A stretch of 64,000 nucleotides of DNA from an uncultured Clostridia bacterium. GTDB lineage: Bacteria > Bacillota > Clostridia > TANB77 > CAG-508. The notes beneath the pieces were generated by a model that saw only the letters and a list, made by a program, of their open reading frames with translations, ran no database searches and was not told the DNA's origin. Shown here in pieces: positions 42,909 through 52,535 of the stretch (positions are counted from its first letter, which is position 1; the number at the start of each line of letters is the position of its first letter). The DNA is taken from NCBI GenBank assembly GCA_944387485.1, contig CALXFC010000001.1, positions 4,179-68,178 on the forward strand. The letters run 5' to 3'. The translations under genes were made by a program, and so were the position numbers.

Positions 42909-43181
42909 GTGGAAACAAAAGTAGAAAGTATGGATACAAGACTTGGAAATGTAGAAACAGAAGTTAAAGAGGTTAAGTATGAAAACAAAGGAATAAGAGC
43001 AGAACTTACTAAAATAAACCAAAGACTTGATGTTATACAAAATGTTAATTTAGTAAATATTATTGAAAAACAAAATCAAATTATGAAAGAATTAAATTCT
43101 GCTAGTAATATTAATAATTTATATCATGAAAATTTTAAGTATAGGCATGAAAGAGTAGAAAAAGCTTTAGGAATTGCATAA
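42909..43181 (+). CDS. hypothetical coiled-coil protein (true start may be upstream near 42843, non-ATG)
   Basis: In-frame extension IDIQQLWEKIQGEFTEVNTRLDRVETKVESMDTRLGNVE...; AGGGAGGTGA RBS at 42822. Confidence 0.4.
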   Translation: METKVESMDTRLGNVETEVKEVKYENKGIRAELTKINQRLDVIQNVNLVNIIEKQNQIMKELNSASNINNLYHENFKYRHERVEKALGIA

Positions 43182-43225
43182 GAGATATTTTTAAGGAAGT
43201 ACAATTATTGTACTTTCTTTGTTCA
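43180..43225. repeat. direct repeat A (left copy) flanking the Fic cassette; includes a hairpin
   Basis: ATAAGAGATATTTTTAAGGAAGTACAATTATTGTACTTTCTT is near-identical to 44622-44667. Confidence 0.6.
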
Positions 43226-43374
43226 TTAGGAAAAAGAAACACAAGATGAAATAATAAATGAATAGTAAGAGAAGAAAATGGAATAATAGATACAAAGTAT
43301 CGAAAGTAACAATTTTATTTAATATAGCAAACAAAATTATGAAAAAATAATTATAATTAACTGCATATAACATA

Positions 43375-43500
43375 TTAGTTTCTGCATATAAAATTTAAAA
43401 TAATATGCAGAAAATGTTGACTATCTGCATATAAAATGATAAAATATATGCAGATAATATAAGATATATGCATATAAAATCATAAAGCGTATGCAGAAAG
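43375..43500 (+). promoter_or_regulatory. iteron-rich operator/promoter region upstream of fic (at least six copies of CTGCATAT / ATATGCAG half-sites)
   Basis: CTGCATATAAcatattagttTCTGCATATAAAATttaaaataATATGCAGAAAATGTTGACTATCTGCATATAAAATgataaaatATATGCAGAtaatataagatATATGCATATAAAATcataaagcgTATGCAGAAAG; TTGACT-N17-TAAAAT promoter embedded. Confidence 0.55.
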
Positions 43501-43511
43501 AAGGAAATAAA

Positions 43512-44558
43512 ATGAAAAAATTTGATTATTCTTTTCTTGATAATGGTTTACTACCAGCTAATTTAATAAATATAACAGGAGCTATATATACATTAAAAAC
43601 AGGAGCAAAAATAAGAAAAGATGAATATGAAAAAATATTTACAGAATTAGAAAAAATAGCAGTCGTTCAATCTGTAAAAAGTTCAAATGCTATAGAAGGG
43701 ATTGTAACTAGTGATGAACGTATAGAAGAAATAGTAAATCAAAACAGTAAACCATTAAATCATAATGAAAATGAAATTGCAGGTTATCGTGATAGTTTAA
43801 ATGAAATACATTTACATTATCAAGATATTGAATTAAGTGAAAATACAATTTTAAGATTACATGAAATAATGATGTCATATACGGGAGCTGAAGATGCAGG
43901 AAAATATAAAATAAACGAAAACTATATTGTAGAAGAAGATAAAGATGGAAACAGAAAAATGAGATTTAAACCATTAGGTGCAAAAGAAACACCAGAGGCA
44001 ATGAAACAAATTATACTTGCATATCATGATGCAAGTAATAATTCTAATATTAATCAGTTATTATTAATTCCATGTTTTATTCTTGATTTTCTTTGTATAC
44101 ATCCATTTAGGGGCGGCAATGGAAGAATGTCAAGATTATTAACATTGTTATTATTATATAAAAATGGATTTGACGTTGGTAAATATGTTTCGTTTGAAGA
44201 ACAAATAAATAATAATAAAGGAAATTATTATGAAGCTTTAAGACTATCTTCAATTGATTGGATTGAAAATAAAAATACTTATATTCCTTTTATAGAAAAT
44301 TTTCTATCTACTTTATATATTTGTTATAAAGAACTAGATAAAAGGTTTAGTGTTGTAAATAGCAATAAAGTCACAAAAAAAGCAAGAATAGAAGCAATAG
44401 TATTAAATAATTTAACGCCTATTTCCAAAGCTGAAATTTGTAAGATACTACCAGATGTAAGTGCAACAACAGTTGAGGCTGTATTAGGAATAATGGTAAA
44501 AGAAGGAAAAGTGGAAATAATAGGAAAAGGAAGAAATACAAAATATATAAAAAAATAA
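43512..44558 (+). CDS. Fic family protein (AMPylase / adenylyltransferase-like, with C-terminal wHTH)
   Basis: Fic motif HPFRGGNGRMSRLL (HPFx[DE]GNGR). Confidence 0.8.
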   Translation: MKKFDYSFLDNGLLPANLINITGAIYTLKTGAKIRKDEYEKIFTELEKIAVVQSVKSSNAIEGIVTSDERIEEIVNQNSKPLNHNENEIAGYRDSLNEIHLHYQDIELSENTILRLHEIMMSYTGAEDAGKYKINENYIVEEDKDGNRKMRFKPLGAKETPEAMKQIILAYHDASNNSNINQLLLIPCFILDFLCIHPFRGGNGRMSRLLTLLLLYKNGFDVGKYVSFEEQINNNKGNYYEALRLSSIDWIENKNTYIPFIENFLSTLYICYKELDKRFSVVNSNKVTKKARIEAIVLNNLTPISKAEICKILPDVSATTVEAVLGIMVKEGKVEIIGKGRNTKYIKK

Positions 44559-44570
44559 CTTGCACAAATA

Positions 44571-44667
44571 AATACAAGGAGAATTTACTAAAATTAATAG
44601 TAGATGAGATAATTAGAAATTGTATAAGAGATATTTTTAGGGAAGTACAGTTATTGTACTTTCTTAA
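44571..44667. repeat. right-flank partial duplicate of the 42868-43225 gene (5' about 45 nt plus 3' end) including direct repeat A
   Basis: AAATACAAGGAGAATTTACTaAAaTTAATAgTAGATgAGATA...tgtATAAGAGATATTTTTAgGGAAGTACAgTTATTGTACTTTCTT versus 42868... and 43180-43225. Confidence 0.6.
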
Positions 44668-44745
44668 TTTTTGGAAAAACTATTGTAAATATGAATATTA
44701 ACATGTATAATAAAAGTGAATTTAAAATAAGAAGGGATGATTAAT

Positions 44746-45495
44746 ATGGAAGAAAAGGAAAAAGTAGCAAAGAAAGGTAGTAAAAAAATAGTGTTGATTA
44801 TTATAGCAATAATTGTACTTATTTTTTTATTAGCAGCAGGATTTATATTTTATCATGGAAATCAAACAGGCAAGTTAATTTCAGAAGTGAATAAAATAGC
44901 AGAAATGCAAATGATGAACGAAGATGGAAGTATGGTAGAAAATCCAATAGATATGGAAATAAAAACAACAGGTTCATATGCAGTTATAGAAAAAACTTTT
45001 AAAGACTATGTAAGTGAAGTAGTAAATTCTACTAAAGATTTAGCAGAAGCATTAGATGAAGAAAAAATAATGAATTTAGTTTCAATAGAAAATATGCAAC
45101 AAGATGGACCAGATTTTACGAAAAGTAAACAAGAAGTAGAAAATATGAAACAAGCAATAGAAGAATATATAACTAAGTTCCAAGAATATGCAAATGAGGA
45201 TAATCTACTTTCTAAAATAGATGATAAAGATGTAAGTGATTATTATAAAGAATTATATAAAACATTAGCTGTAGATGAAGATATGGAAACAAGTTTAGAA
45301 GATACAGTTCAACAATTAAATACAGCAGGAGAAGAAGCAAAACAAGCTTTAGATGATTTAAATAGTATTTTTAATTTCTTAAGTGAAAATAAAGATGATT
45401 GGCAAATAGAGGATGGACAAATAGTATTTAATACAGAAAGTAGCTATGAAGAATATAATAGTTTAATGTCATCATTAGAGACTATGCAAGAATAA
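44746..45495 (+). CDS. hypothetical N-terminally membrane-anchored acidic protein
   Basis: TM helix KKIVLIIIAIIVLIFLLAAGFIFY followed by an acidic soluble domain. Confidence 0.45.
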   Translation: MEEKEKVAKKGSKKIVLIIIAIIVLIFLLAAGFIFYHGNQTGKLISEVNKIAEMQMMNEDGSMVENPIDMEIKTTGSYAVIEKTFKDYVSEVVNSTKDLAEALDEEKIMNLVSIENMQQDGPDFTKSKQEVENMKQAIEEYITKFQEYANEDNLLSKIDDKDVSDYYKELYKTLAVDEDMETSLEDTVQQLNTAGEEAKQALDDLNSIFNFLSENKDDWQIEDGQIVFNTESSYEEYNSLMSSLETMQE

Positions 45496-45616
45496 GGAGA
45501 TAATTTTCTCCTTATTTTTTTCCTTGAGTTTAAAATAAAATTAGAAATTCTACTAACAGTCGATTGCTAAAAATTGTTATAAGTGATAAACTTTTCTTAA
45601 ATCAAAGGAGGGAAAA

Positions 45617-47527
45617 ATGGATAATCTAAAATTTGGAAGTTTTATTAAAGAATTAAGAAAAGAAAAAAATATGACTCAAAAAGAATTAGCTAAAAAAATA
45701 GGGCTAACAGATAAAGCTATATCTAAATGGGAAAGAGGGTTAAGTTTTCCAGATATAACTATGCTTAATTCACTTGCAGAAGTATTTGATGTAGATGTTT
45801 CAGAAATTTTAAATGGAGAAAGAGGAAAAGAAAAAATAAATAATGAAGATATAGAAAAGAAAATACAAGAAGCGGTAGAAAAAGTTACATTAAAAAAAGA
45901 AAAAAGAGAAAGAAGAATAAAAATACTTAAAAGAACAATAGGAATAATATCATGTGTATTATTTGTATTATCTTTCTTATTACAGTTAGGATATTTAATT
46001 TTCTTAAAGCCACGTTCTTATGTATATGTAAGTGATTTGTTATTTTACATAATAAATGAAATTATAATATTAACATGTTCTTTAATATTTTTTACATTGG
46101 TAAAAATAAAGAAAAATTTTATTAAGAATATTGTAATTTCTATATTACTAGTTATTTTAAGCATTATAAATATAGCATTTATGATAAATAATGGTTTTGA
46201 AAATAAATGGATAGTTGAGTTTTCAAAAGATTTTTCTAGTCAGTTAGTATTAAAGAAAAATAAGAAAACTGGAGAAATTACTTATTATAAAAATACAAAA
46301 GTCTTATTTGCAAAAGATGAAGAAATTTTTTCTAATGAAGTAGAAGGGGCAATAAAAACACAATGGCTTACAAATGATATTTGTTCTATTACATATAAAA
46401 ATAAAGATGGTAACTTAGAAGAATTTGTTGCAACATATGGAGATCGTGGAAATGGTATTTCGTATTATTATGTAACAAATACTATTGTTGGTAATTGGCA
46501 AAATTTTTCACAATATGGAGATGATGTTAAAATTACAGTAGATTCAAAAGGAATTACAATTAAAAAAGATGAAAAAGAAGAATTGTTTAAATTTGAAGAT
46601 TGTAAACAATATGGAACTATTGCAGTAGTATTATATAAAAATGATGTGCCTTGTTATGTAATAGCACTAAATGAAAACTGTGAGTTAGATGAAACAAATG
46701 ATATAATAAAAGACGGTGGAACAATTACACTTGTAGAAGTATCAATGGGAAGAACAAAAACTGATATCTTAGAGTGTACAAATTATAAAGGAGAAGATTT
46801 AAGTAATTATAATGCTGTAAATGTCAAAGCTAATGATTATAAAATACAAAATGGAATTTTATATATTAGCTATGATGGAAAAAATGTAATAGAAGTTCCA
46901 GGAGATTTTTCAGATGTAGATGAATTTGAAGATGGAACATACCAAGTAGAAGAAGAAAAAACATTTTTTACATACAAGGATAATAATGAAGAATATTTAA
47001 TATATTCAGATGATAAAGGAGTAAATTGGAATACAATAAAATTAGGAAATACTTCTGTTCAAGTTATGCAATTTTTAAATACTAATATAGGATATATGTT
47101 GGAATTTAAAGATGTAGCTATGGGAATAGCTTTTGGTGATATTAGTAAAACAACAGACGGAGGAAAGACGTGGCAAGTGGTATTTAATGGAATTGGAGAT
47201 AGTGAAGAAAAAGTATTTAGTAGAGGAAGTAAAATAAGATTTTTTGATGAAAACTTAGGATTTTTAACTATGCCAAATGCAGGTGGAGAAACTTCAGAAT
47301 TGTATATTACAAAAGATGGAGGAATAACTTTTACAAGAATGAATGTACAACAAACAGAAGAAGAAAGAGATATTTATGACTATTATGAATTACCAGAAAA
47401 AGAAGATGATGGAACATTAACTTTAGAAGTTGGACAAGGTAGTAATGGTGATTATAATGGTGGAAAAAGTAAGATATATGTATCAAATGATAATGCAAAT
47501 ACTTGGGAGTTTAAAGGAGAAGAATAA
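45617..47527 (+). CDS. XRE-family HTH, TM segments, then an extracytoplasmic BNR/sialidase-like beta-propeller domain (membrane-anchored transcription-factor-like)
   Basis: HTH MTQKELAKKIGLTDKAISKWERGLSFP; 3-4 TM helices; BNR-like repeats TTDGGKTWQ, TKDGGITFT, SNDNANTWE. Confidence 0.6.
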   Translation: MDNLKFGSFIKELRKEKNMTQKELAKKIGLTDKAISKWERGLSFPDITMLNSLAEVFDVDVSEILNGERGKEKINNEDIEKKIQEAVEKVTLKKEKRERRIKILKRTIGIISCVLFVLSFLLQLGYLIFLKPRSYVYVSDLLFYIINEIIILTCSLIFFTLVKIKKNFIKNIVISILLVILSIINIAFMINNGFENKWIVEFSKDFSSQLVLKKNKKTGEITYYKNTKVLFAKDEEIFSNEVEGAIKTQWLTNDICSITYKNKDGNLEEFVATYGDRGNGISYYYVTNTIVGNWQNFSQYGDDVKITVDSKGITIKKDEKEELFKFEDCKQYGTIAVVLYKNDVPCYVIALNENCELDETNDIIKDGGTITLVEVSMGRTKTDILECTNYKGEDLSNYNAVNVKANDYKIQNGILYISYDGKNVIEVPGDFSDVDEFEDGTYQVEEEKTFFTYKDNNEEYLIYSDDKGVNWNTIKLGNTSVQVMQFLNTNIGYMLEFKDVAMGIAFGDISKTTDGGKTWQVVFNGIGDSEEKVFSRGSKIRFFDENLGFLTMPNAGGETSELYITKDGGITFTRMNVQQTEEERDIYDYYELPEKEDDGTLTLEVGQGSNGDYNGGKSKIYVSNDNANTWEFKGEE

Positions 47528-47844
47528 TGTATTATGTTTATATGTTAAGATGCAAAGATAATACTATTTACACAGGAATTACAGTAGATATAAAAAGAAG
47601 GATGGAAGAACATTTTTCTAAAAATGAGAAATGTGCTAAATATACCTACACTCATACTGCTAAAAAATTAGAAGCGGTATGGGAATGTAGAAATAAATCT
47701 TTAGCATCTAAACTAGAATATGTAATAAAAAGATTAACGAAACAAAATAAAGAAGAACTAATTAAAACAAAAAGTTTAGATAAAGTATTTTACGGTAATG
47801 AAAAAATAGATATTGAAGAATATAAATACTGTTTTTTGAAATAA
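47527..47844 (+). CDS. GIY-YIG nuclease superfamily protein (UPF0213-like)
   Basis: YYVYMLRCKDNTIYTGITVDIKRRMEEH (GIY...YIG...R...E). Confidence 0.7.
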   Translation: MYYVYMLRCKDNTIYTGITVDIKRRMEEHFSKNEKCAKYTYTHTAKKLEAVWECRNKSLASKLEYVIKRLTKQNKEELIKTKSLDKVFYGNEKIDIEEYKYCFLK

Positions 47845-47970
47845 TAGATAATTCAAATAAATATTTATCTATAGATATCAACACAATAATTTCAAACTAA
47901 TATTAAACATTCAAAATACAAAAATTATGTAAAGTACCACAAAAAATAATAGATTTTTTGTTGGAAAATG

Positions 47971-48000
47971 TTGACAAATAGTAATAAAAAGGTCTATAAT
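47971..48000 (+). promoter_or_regulatory. sigma-A-type promoter of tracrRNA (TTGACA-N18-TATAAT)
   Basis: TTGACAaatagtaataaaaaggtcTATAAT; predicted TSS about 48007. Confidence 0.6.
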
Positions 48001-48007
48001 AAAAATG

Positions 48008-48132
48008 TACAGGGAAGTACAAAATTATATCATATCAAAGTAGAATAGGTTATTACAATAAGACCTGGATTTTATTGTAAAATCTATGAGTCGTAAAGCT
48101 CTAGCTGCCGTCATAGGCAGCTATCTTCATAT
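48008..48132 (+). ncRNA. tracrRNA: tracrRNA of the type II-C system (anti-repeat 48026-48061, nexus and stem-loops to about 48130)
   Basis: ATTATATCATATCAAAGTAGAATAGGTTATTACAAT pairs antiparallel with the minus-strand-sense crRNA repeat at 34 of 36 positions (including G-U pairs) with a 2-nt internal mismatch. Followed by AAGACCTGG... and hairpin GCTGCCgtcataGGCAGC, parallel to the N. meningitidis tracrRNA (ACAAUAAGGCCGUC...AACGCUCUGCCCC). Confidence 0.65.
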
Positions 48133-48146
48133 AAGGAGGAATTAAT

Positions 48147-51100
48147 ATGGGGTACAGAATAGGGTTAGATATTGGAATAACATCAACAGGTTGGTCAGTA
48201 GTAGAAGATGATGCAGAAGGAAAACCAATAAGGATAATTGATTTAGGTTCCAGAATATTTGATGCAGCAGAGAAACCAAAAGATGGTTCACCACTTGCAA
48301 AAGATAGAAGAGATGCAAGAGGATTAAGAAGAAGGGGAAGACGTAAGAAACATAGAATAGAAAGAACTAAAAGATTATTAAATAATTATAATATAATAAG
48401 TAAAAAAGAGTTGGAAAAAATGTATGAAGATTATAAATTCCAATTTAATATATATGAATTAAGAGTTATGGCTCTAGATCAAAAAATAACTAATAAAGAT
48501 TTAGCTAGGGTTTTATTGAATTTTGTTAAAAGAAGAGGATACAAGTCAAATAGTAAATCTGAAGAATCAGAAAATAAAGAAGCGGGAAAATTACTAACAG
48601 CTACTAAAGAAAATGAAAAACTTATGGAAGAAAAAGGCTATCGTACAATAGGAGAAATGTACCTAAAAGATGATAAGTTTAAATTAAAAGACAAAAATGG
48701 TGATTTTATTTTAGATTCAAAAGGACACAAGATATTAAAGGTAAGAAATACAACAGATGATTATAAAAGTACCGCACTTAGAAAATTACTTTTAGAAGAA
48801 ATTGAAAAAATATTAAATAAACAAAAAGAATTTAATTCTGCTATAACAGATGAATTTATTGAAAAATATATTAATATATTCTTATCTCAAAGAAGTTTTG
48901 ATGAAGGACCAGGAAGTCAAAGTCCGTATGCAGGAAATCAAATAGAGAAAATGCTTGGAAATTGTACTTTTGAAAAAGAAGAAAAGAGAGCTCCAAAAGC
49001 TACATATACATTCGAGTATTTTAAATTATTACAAGATTTGAATCATATAAAAATAGAAAAAACAGAATTAGATGATAATAAATCAAGGAAAAGAACAAAA
49101 AGAGAATTAACAGAAGATGAAAAACAAAAAATAATAGAATTGGTAAAAGATAAAGCAACTGTTACATATGATGCTATAAGAAAAGTATTAAATTTAGGAA
49201 CAAATGAGAGATTTAATATGCTTACATATAAGAATACATTGATATTATCAGAAGAAACTAATAAGGAAGTTGAGAAAGATAATAAATTAAAAGAATTTGA
49301 AAGCTATCATAAAATAAAAACAGCATTAAATAGAGTTGAAAAAAATTATATAAACAAATTAACAAAAGAAGAACTAAACAGTATTGGATATGCACTAACT
49401 GTTTATAAAAACGATAATAAAAGAATAGAGTACTTGAAGGAAAATACTGAACATCTATCTGATGAAGCAATAAACGAATTGCTTAAATTATCTTTCACAA
49501 AAGTTGGAAATTTATCTATTAAAGCTATGGAAAAGATTATTCCTCATTTGGAAAAAGGACTTACTTATGATAAAGCTGTTGATGAAGAATATGAAGATTT
49601 TAGAGGAAGTGTAAATACAGAAAAGAAGAGAAAATTACGTTTGAAAGATTTAGAACAAGATATATCTAATCCAGTTGTTAGAAGAGGGCTTTCACAAGCT
49701 GTAAAAGTTTTAAATGCTATTACTTTAAAATACAATAAAAAATATGGAAAGCCAGATGTAGTTGTAATAGAGCTTGCAAGAGATATGGGCAAAAATTTTG
49801 CGGATAGAAATAAAATTAGAAAATCTCAAGAAGAAAATATGCAAAAAAATGAAAAAGTAAAAGAAAGAATAATTGAATTAGGAAAGACAAATCCAACAGG
49901 ACAAGATATTGTCAAGTATAAATTATGGCAAGAGCAAGATGGATTTTGTGTTTATTCAGGTAAAAAAATATCAGTTGAAGATTTATTTACAGAAGCAGTT
50001 GATGTTGACCATATAATCCCATATAGTATGTGCTTTGATGATACATATAAAAATAAAGTGTTGGTACTTTCAAGTGAAAATAGACAAAAGGGAAATAGAG
50101 TTCCATATCAATACGAAAAAGAAATTGGAAGAAATTTAGAAGAATATGAAGTAAGAGTAAATAATATTATAAAAAATCCAAGAAAGAGAGATAGACTTTT
50201 AAAAGAAAGTTTTACTAGAGAAGATGCTAAAGAATGGAAAGATAGAAATATTCAAGATACTCAGTATATATGTAGACTTATGTATAATTTAGTAAGAAAT
50301 CATTTAGAGTTTTCAGATAATCCTAATTTCGTAAGAAAAGTTTGGACAGTTAATGGTTCTGTTACAGCACATATAAGAAAAAGATTAGGTATAGATAAAA
50401 CAAGAGATAATGACGTACATCATGCAATAGATGCGACTGTTATTGCTATAACAAGTCAAGATATGATTAATAAAATAACAAAATATTATCAATATGTAGA
50501 TGGAAAATATATGAATAACAAAGGAGAGTATATAGATTTAGAGACAGGCGAAATTTTAGATGCTAAGAAGTATGAAGAAGATAATGGAATATATTTCCCA
50601 GAACCATGGCATAATTTTAGAAAAGAACTTGATATAAGGGTAAATTGTAAAACAAAAGAAAGAATTATTGAATGTTTAGAAGCTGAAAAAATCTATACAT
50701 ATGAAGATTATGATGATGTAAGACCAATTTTTGTATCAAGGATGCCTAGAAGAAAAGTTACAGGAATGGCACATTTAGAGACAATTAGAGGACTAAAAAC
50801 AGAGGATGGAAAGCTAAAAACTATAACAAAAACCGAATTAACTAAATTAAAGTTAAAAAATGGCGAAATTGAAGGCTATCCAGAAAAGAATAAGAAAGAT
50901 GATAAACTACTATATAATGCGTTAAAAGAACAATTGATAAAATATAATGGAGATGCAAAAGAAGCATTTAAGGAAGATTTTTATAAACCTAGAAAAGATG
51001 GAAGTAGAGGACCTTTGGTTAAAAAAGTTCAAATAGAGGCAAATGCAACGTTAGGTGTACAATTAAATCATAGTAAAGCTTTTGCAGGAAATGGTAATAG

Positions 51101-51548
51101 TGTAAGAATAGATATATTTTATGTAAAAGGAGAAGGATATTACTTTGTACCAATATATGTCAGTGATACAGTAAAAGATAAGTTGCCAAACAAAGCATGT
51201 GTCCAAGGGAAACCATATGATAAATGGAAAGAAATGAAAGATGAAGATTTTATATTTTCACTATATCCTAAAGATTTAATTTATATAGAAGGGAAAAATA
51301 AAATTAAATTAAATCCAAGTAATAAAATAGGTGATTCTATTGAAATGGATAATTTATTTGCATACTATACTAAATGTGACATATCTTCAGCACAAATAAC
51401 AATTCAAACAGATGATAATAGATATGTTCAACCAAGTTTAGGAATAAAGACATTGAAAAAGATAAGAAAGTATGAGGTTGATGTTTTAGGGCAATATCAT
51501 GAAATTAAGTTGCCAGAAAAAAGAATGCCTTTTAACATAAAAAAGTAA
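48147..51548 (+). CDS. cas9: Cas9 (type II-C size, 1133 aa)
   Basis: RuvC-I MGYRIGLDIGITSTGWSVV; Arg-rich bridge helix RRGRRKKHRIERTKRLL; HNH DVDHIIPYS...NKVLVLSSENRQKGNRVPY; RuvC-III HHAIDATVIAI. AAGGAGG RBS. Confidence 0.95.
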   Translation: MGYRIGLDIGITSTGWSVVEDDAEGKPIRIIDLGSRIFDAAEKPKDGSPLAKDRRDARGLRRRGRRKKHRIERTKRLLNNYNIISKKELEKMYEDYKFQFNIYELRVMALDQKITNKDLARVLLNFVKRRGYKSNSKSEESENKEAGKLLTATKENEKLMEEKGYRTIGEMYLKDDKFKLKDKNGDFILDSKGHKILKVRNTTDDYKSTALRKLLLEEIEKILNKQKEFNSAITDEFIEKYINIFLSQRSFDEGPGSQSPYAGNQIEKMLGNCTFEKEEKRAPKATYTFEYFKLLQDLNHIKIEKTELDDNKSRKRTKRELTEDEKQKIIELVKDKATVTYDAIRKVLNLGTNERFNMLTYKNTLILSEETNKEVEKDNKLKEFESYHKIKTALNRVEKNYINKLTKEELNSIGYALTVYKNDNKRIEYLKENTEHLSDEAINELLKLSFTKVGNLSIKAMEKIIPHLEKGLTYDKAVDEEYEDFRGSVNTEKKRKLRLKDLEQDISNPVVRRGLSQAVKVLNAITLKYNKKYGKPDVVVIELARDMGKNFADRNKIRKSQEENMQKNEKVKERIIELGKTNPTGQDIVKYKLWQEQDGFCVYSGKKISVEDLFTEAVDVDHIIPYSMCFDDTYKNKVLVLSSENRQKGNRVPYQYEKEIGRNLEEYEVRVNNIIKNPRKRDRLLKESFTREDAKEWKDRNIQDTQYICRLMYNLVRNHLEFSDNPNFVRKVWTVNGSVTAHIRKRLGIDKTRDNDVHHAIDATVIAITSQDMINKITKYYQYVDGKYMNNKGEYIDLETGEILDAKKYEEDNGIYFPEPWHNFRKELDIRVNCKTKERIIECLEAEKIYTYEDYDDVRPIFVSRMPRRKVTGMAHLETIRGLKTEDGKLKTITKTELTKLKLKNGEIEGYPEKNKKDDKLLYNALKEQLIKYNGDAKEAFKEDFYKPRKDGSRGPLVKKVQIEANATLGVQLNHSKAFAGNGNSVRIDIFYVKGEGYYFVPIYVSDTVKDKLPNKACVQGKPYDKWKEMKDEDFIFSLYPKDLIYIEGKNKIKLNPSNKIGDSIEMDNLFAYYTKCDISSAQITIQTDDNRYVQPSLGIKTLKKIRKYEVDVLGQYHEIKLPEKRMPFNIKK

Positions 51549-51635
51549 AAGGAAAGGAGGGAAGCTTAGATATTTATCTTAAAACTCATCTATAGTCTAA
51601 ACTTAGAATATAGATAAATGTTTTAAGCGAATATT

Positions 51636-52535
51636 ATGGCTTTCAGGAATGTTTATGTGCAAAATGATGTACATATAAAAATTAAAAATGAGCAACTATT
51701 GCTTGAAACAAAAGATGATGATTTTACAATACCTTTAGAGGACATCAACAGCATTTGTATAGAATCACTAAGGACAAATATTTCTTCTTATGCATTAAAA
51801 AAGTTTGTAGAACACGATATAATTTTATATATATGTGATGAAAAACATTTACCTACTGGATTTTTGATAGGTAGCAACAACTACTCTAGACAATTAAAAA
51901 ATTTGAACATGCAATTTAATATGCCTAAACCTCTTATGAAAAGAATATGGCAAGACATTATAAGAATAAAAGTAAGGAATCAATCAGAATGTCTAAAAGA
52001 ATTAGGAATTAAAGATATAAAATTAGATAATATGATTGATAAAATAACTTCTGGGGATACAAAAAATGTAGAAGCGAAAGCAGCTTCTCAATACTTTAGA
52101 GATTTGTTTGGAAAAGATTTTAATAGAGATTTAGATTGTGTTCAAAATGGAGCATTGAATTATGGATATGCGATTATAAGAGGGATGATTGCTAGAACTT
52201 TAGTTATGTATGGATTTGAACCAGCAATAGGGATATTTCATCACAGTCAATTAAATAATTTTAACTTAGCTGATGATTTTATAGAATGTTTTAGACCAAT
52301 AGTTGATTTATATGTTTTACAAACTTTAAATTTTGATACTGAAGAATTAACACCTAGTATGAAAAGAAAAATTTACAGTGTTATTAATTGTTTGGTTTTA
52401 ATTGATGGTAAAAAATTTAATGTTCAAGGGGCAATAGATTATATGATAAAAAGTTTTTCAACAAGTATGAATGAAAATAAGAATTTAATTAAATTGCCCT
52501 ATTTGATACCAATAGAAGAGTATAGGTATGCATAA
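51636..52535 (+). CDS. cas1: CRISPR-associated endonuclease Cas1 (type II)
   Basis: 299 aa, MAFRNVYVQND...; position and size typical of type II Cas1. Confidence 0.85.
   Translation: MAFRNVYVQNDVHIKIKNEQLLLETKDDDFTIPLEDINSICIESLRTNISSYALKKFVEHDIILYICDEKHLPTGFLIGSNNYSRQLKNLNMQFNMPKPLMKRIWQDIIRIKVRNQSECLKELGIKDIKLDNMIDKITSGDTKNVEAKAASQYFRDLFGKDFNRDLDCVQNGALNYGYAIIRGMIARTLVMYGFEPAIGIFHHSQLNNFNLADDFIECFRPIVDLYVLQTLNFDTEELTPSMKRKIYSVINCLVLIDGKKFNVQGAIDYMIKSFSTSMNENKNLIKLPYLIPIEEYRYA

Noticed and set aside
47527-47844. GIY-YIG protein as a CRISPR-associated (Cas) component
   Set aside because: UPF0213-type GIY-YIG genes are widespread housekeeping or stand-alone genes. Adjacency alone is not evidence, so it is reported only as context.
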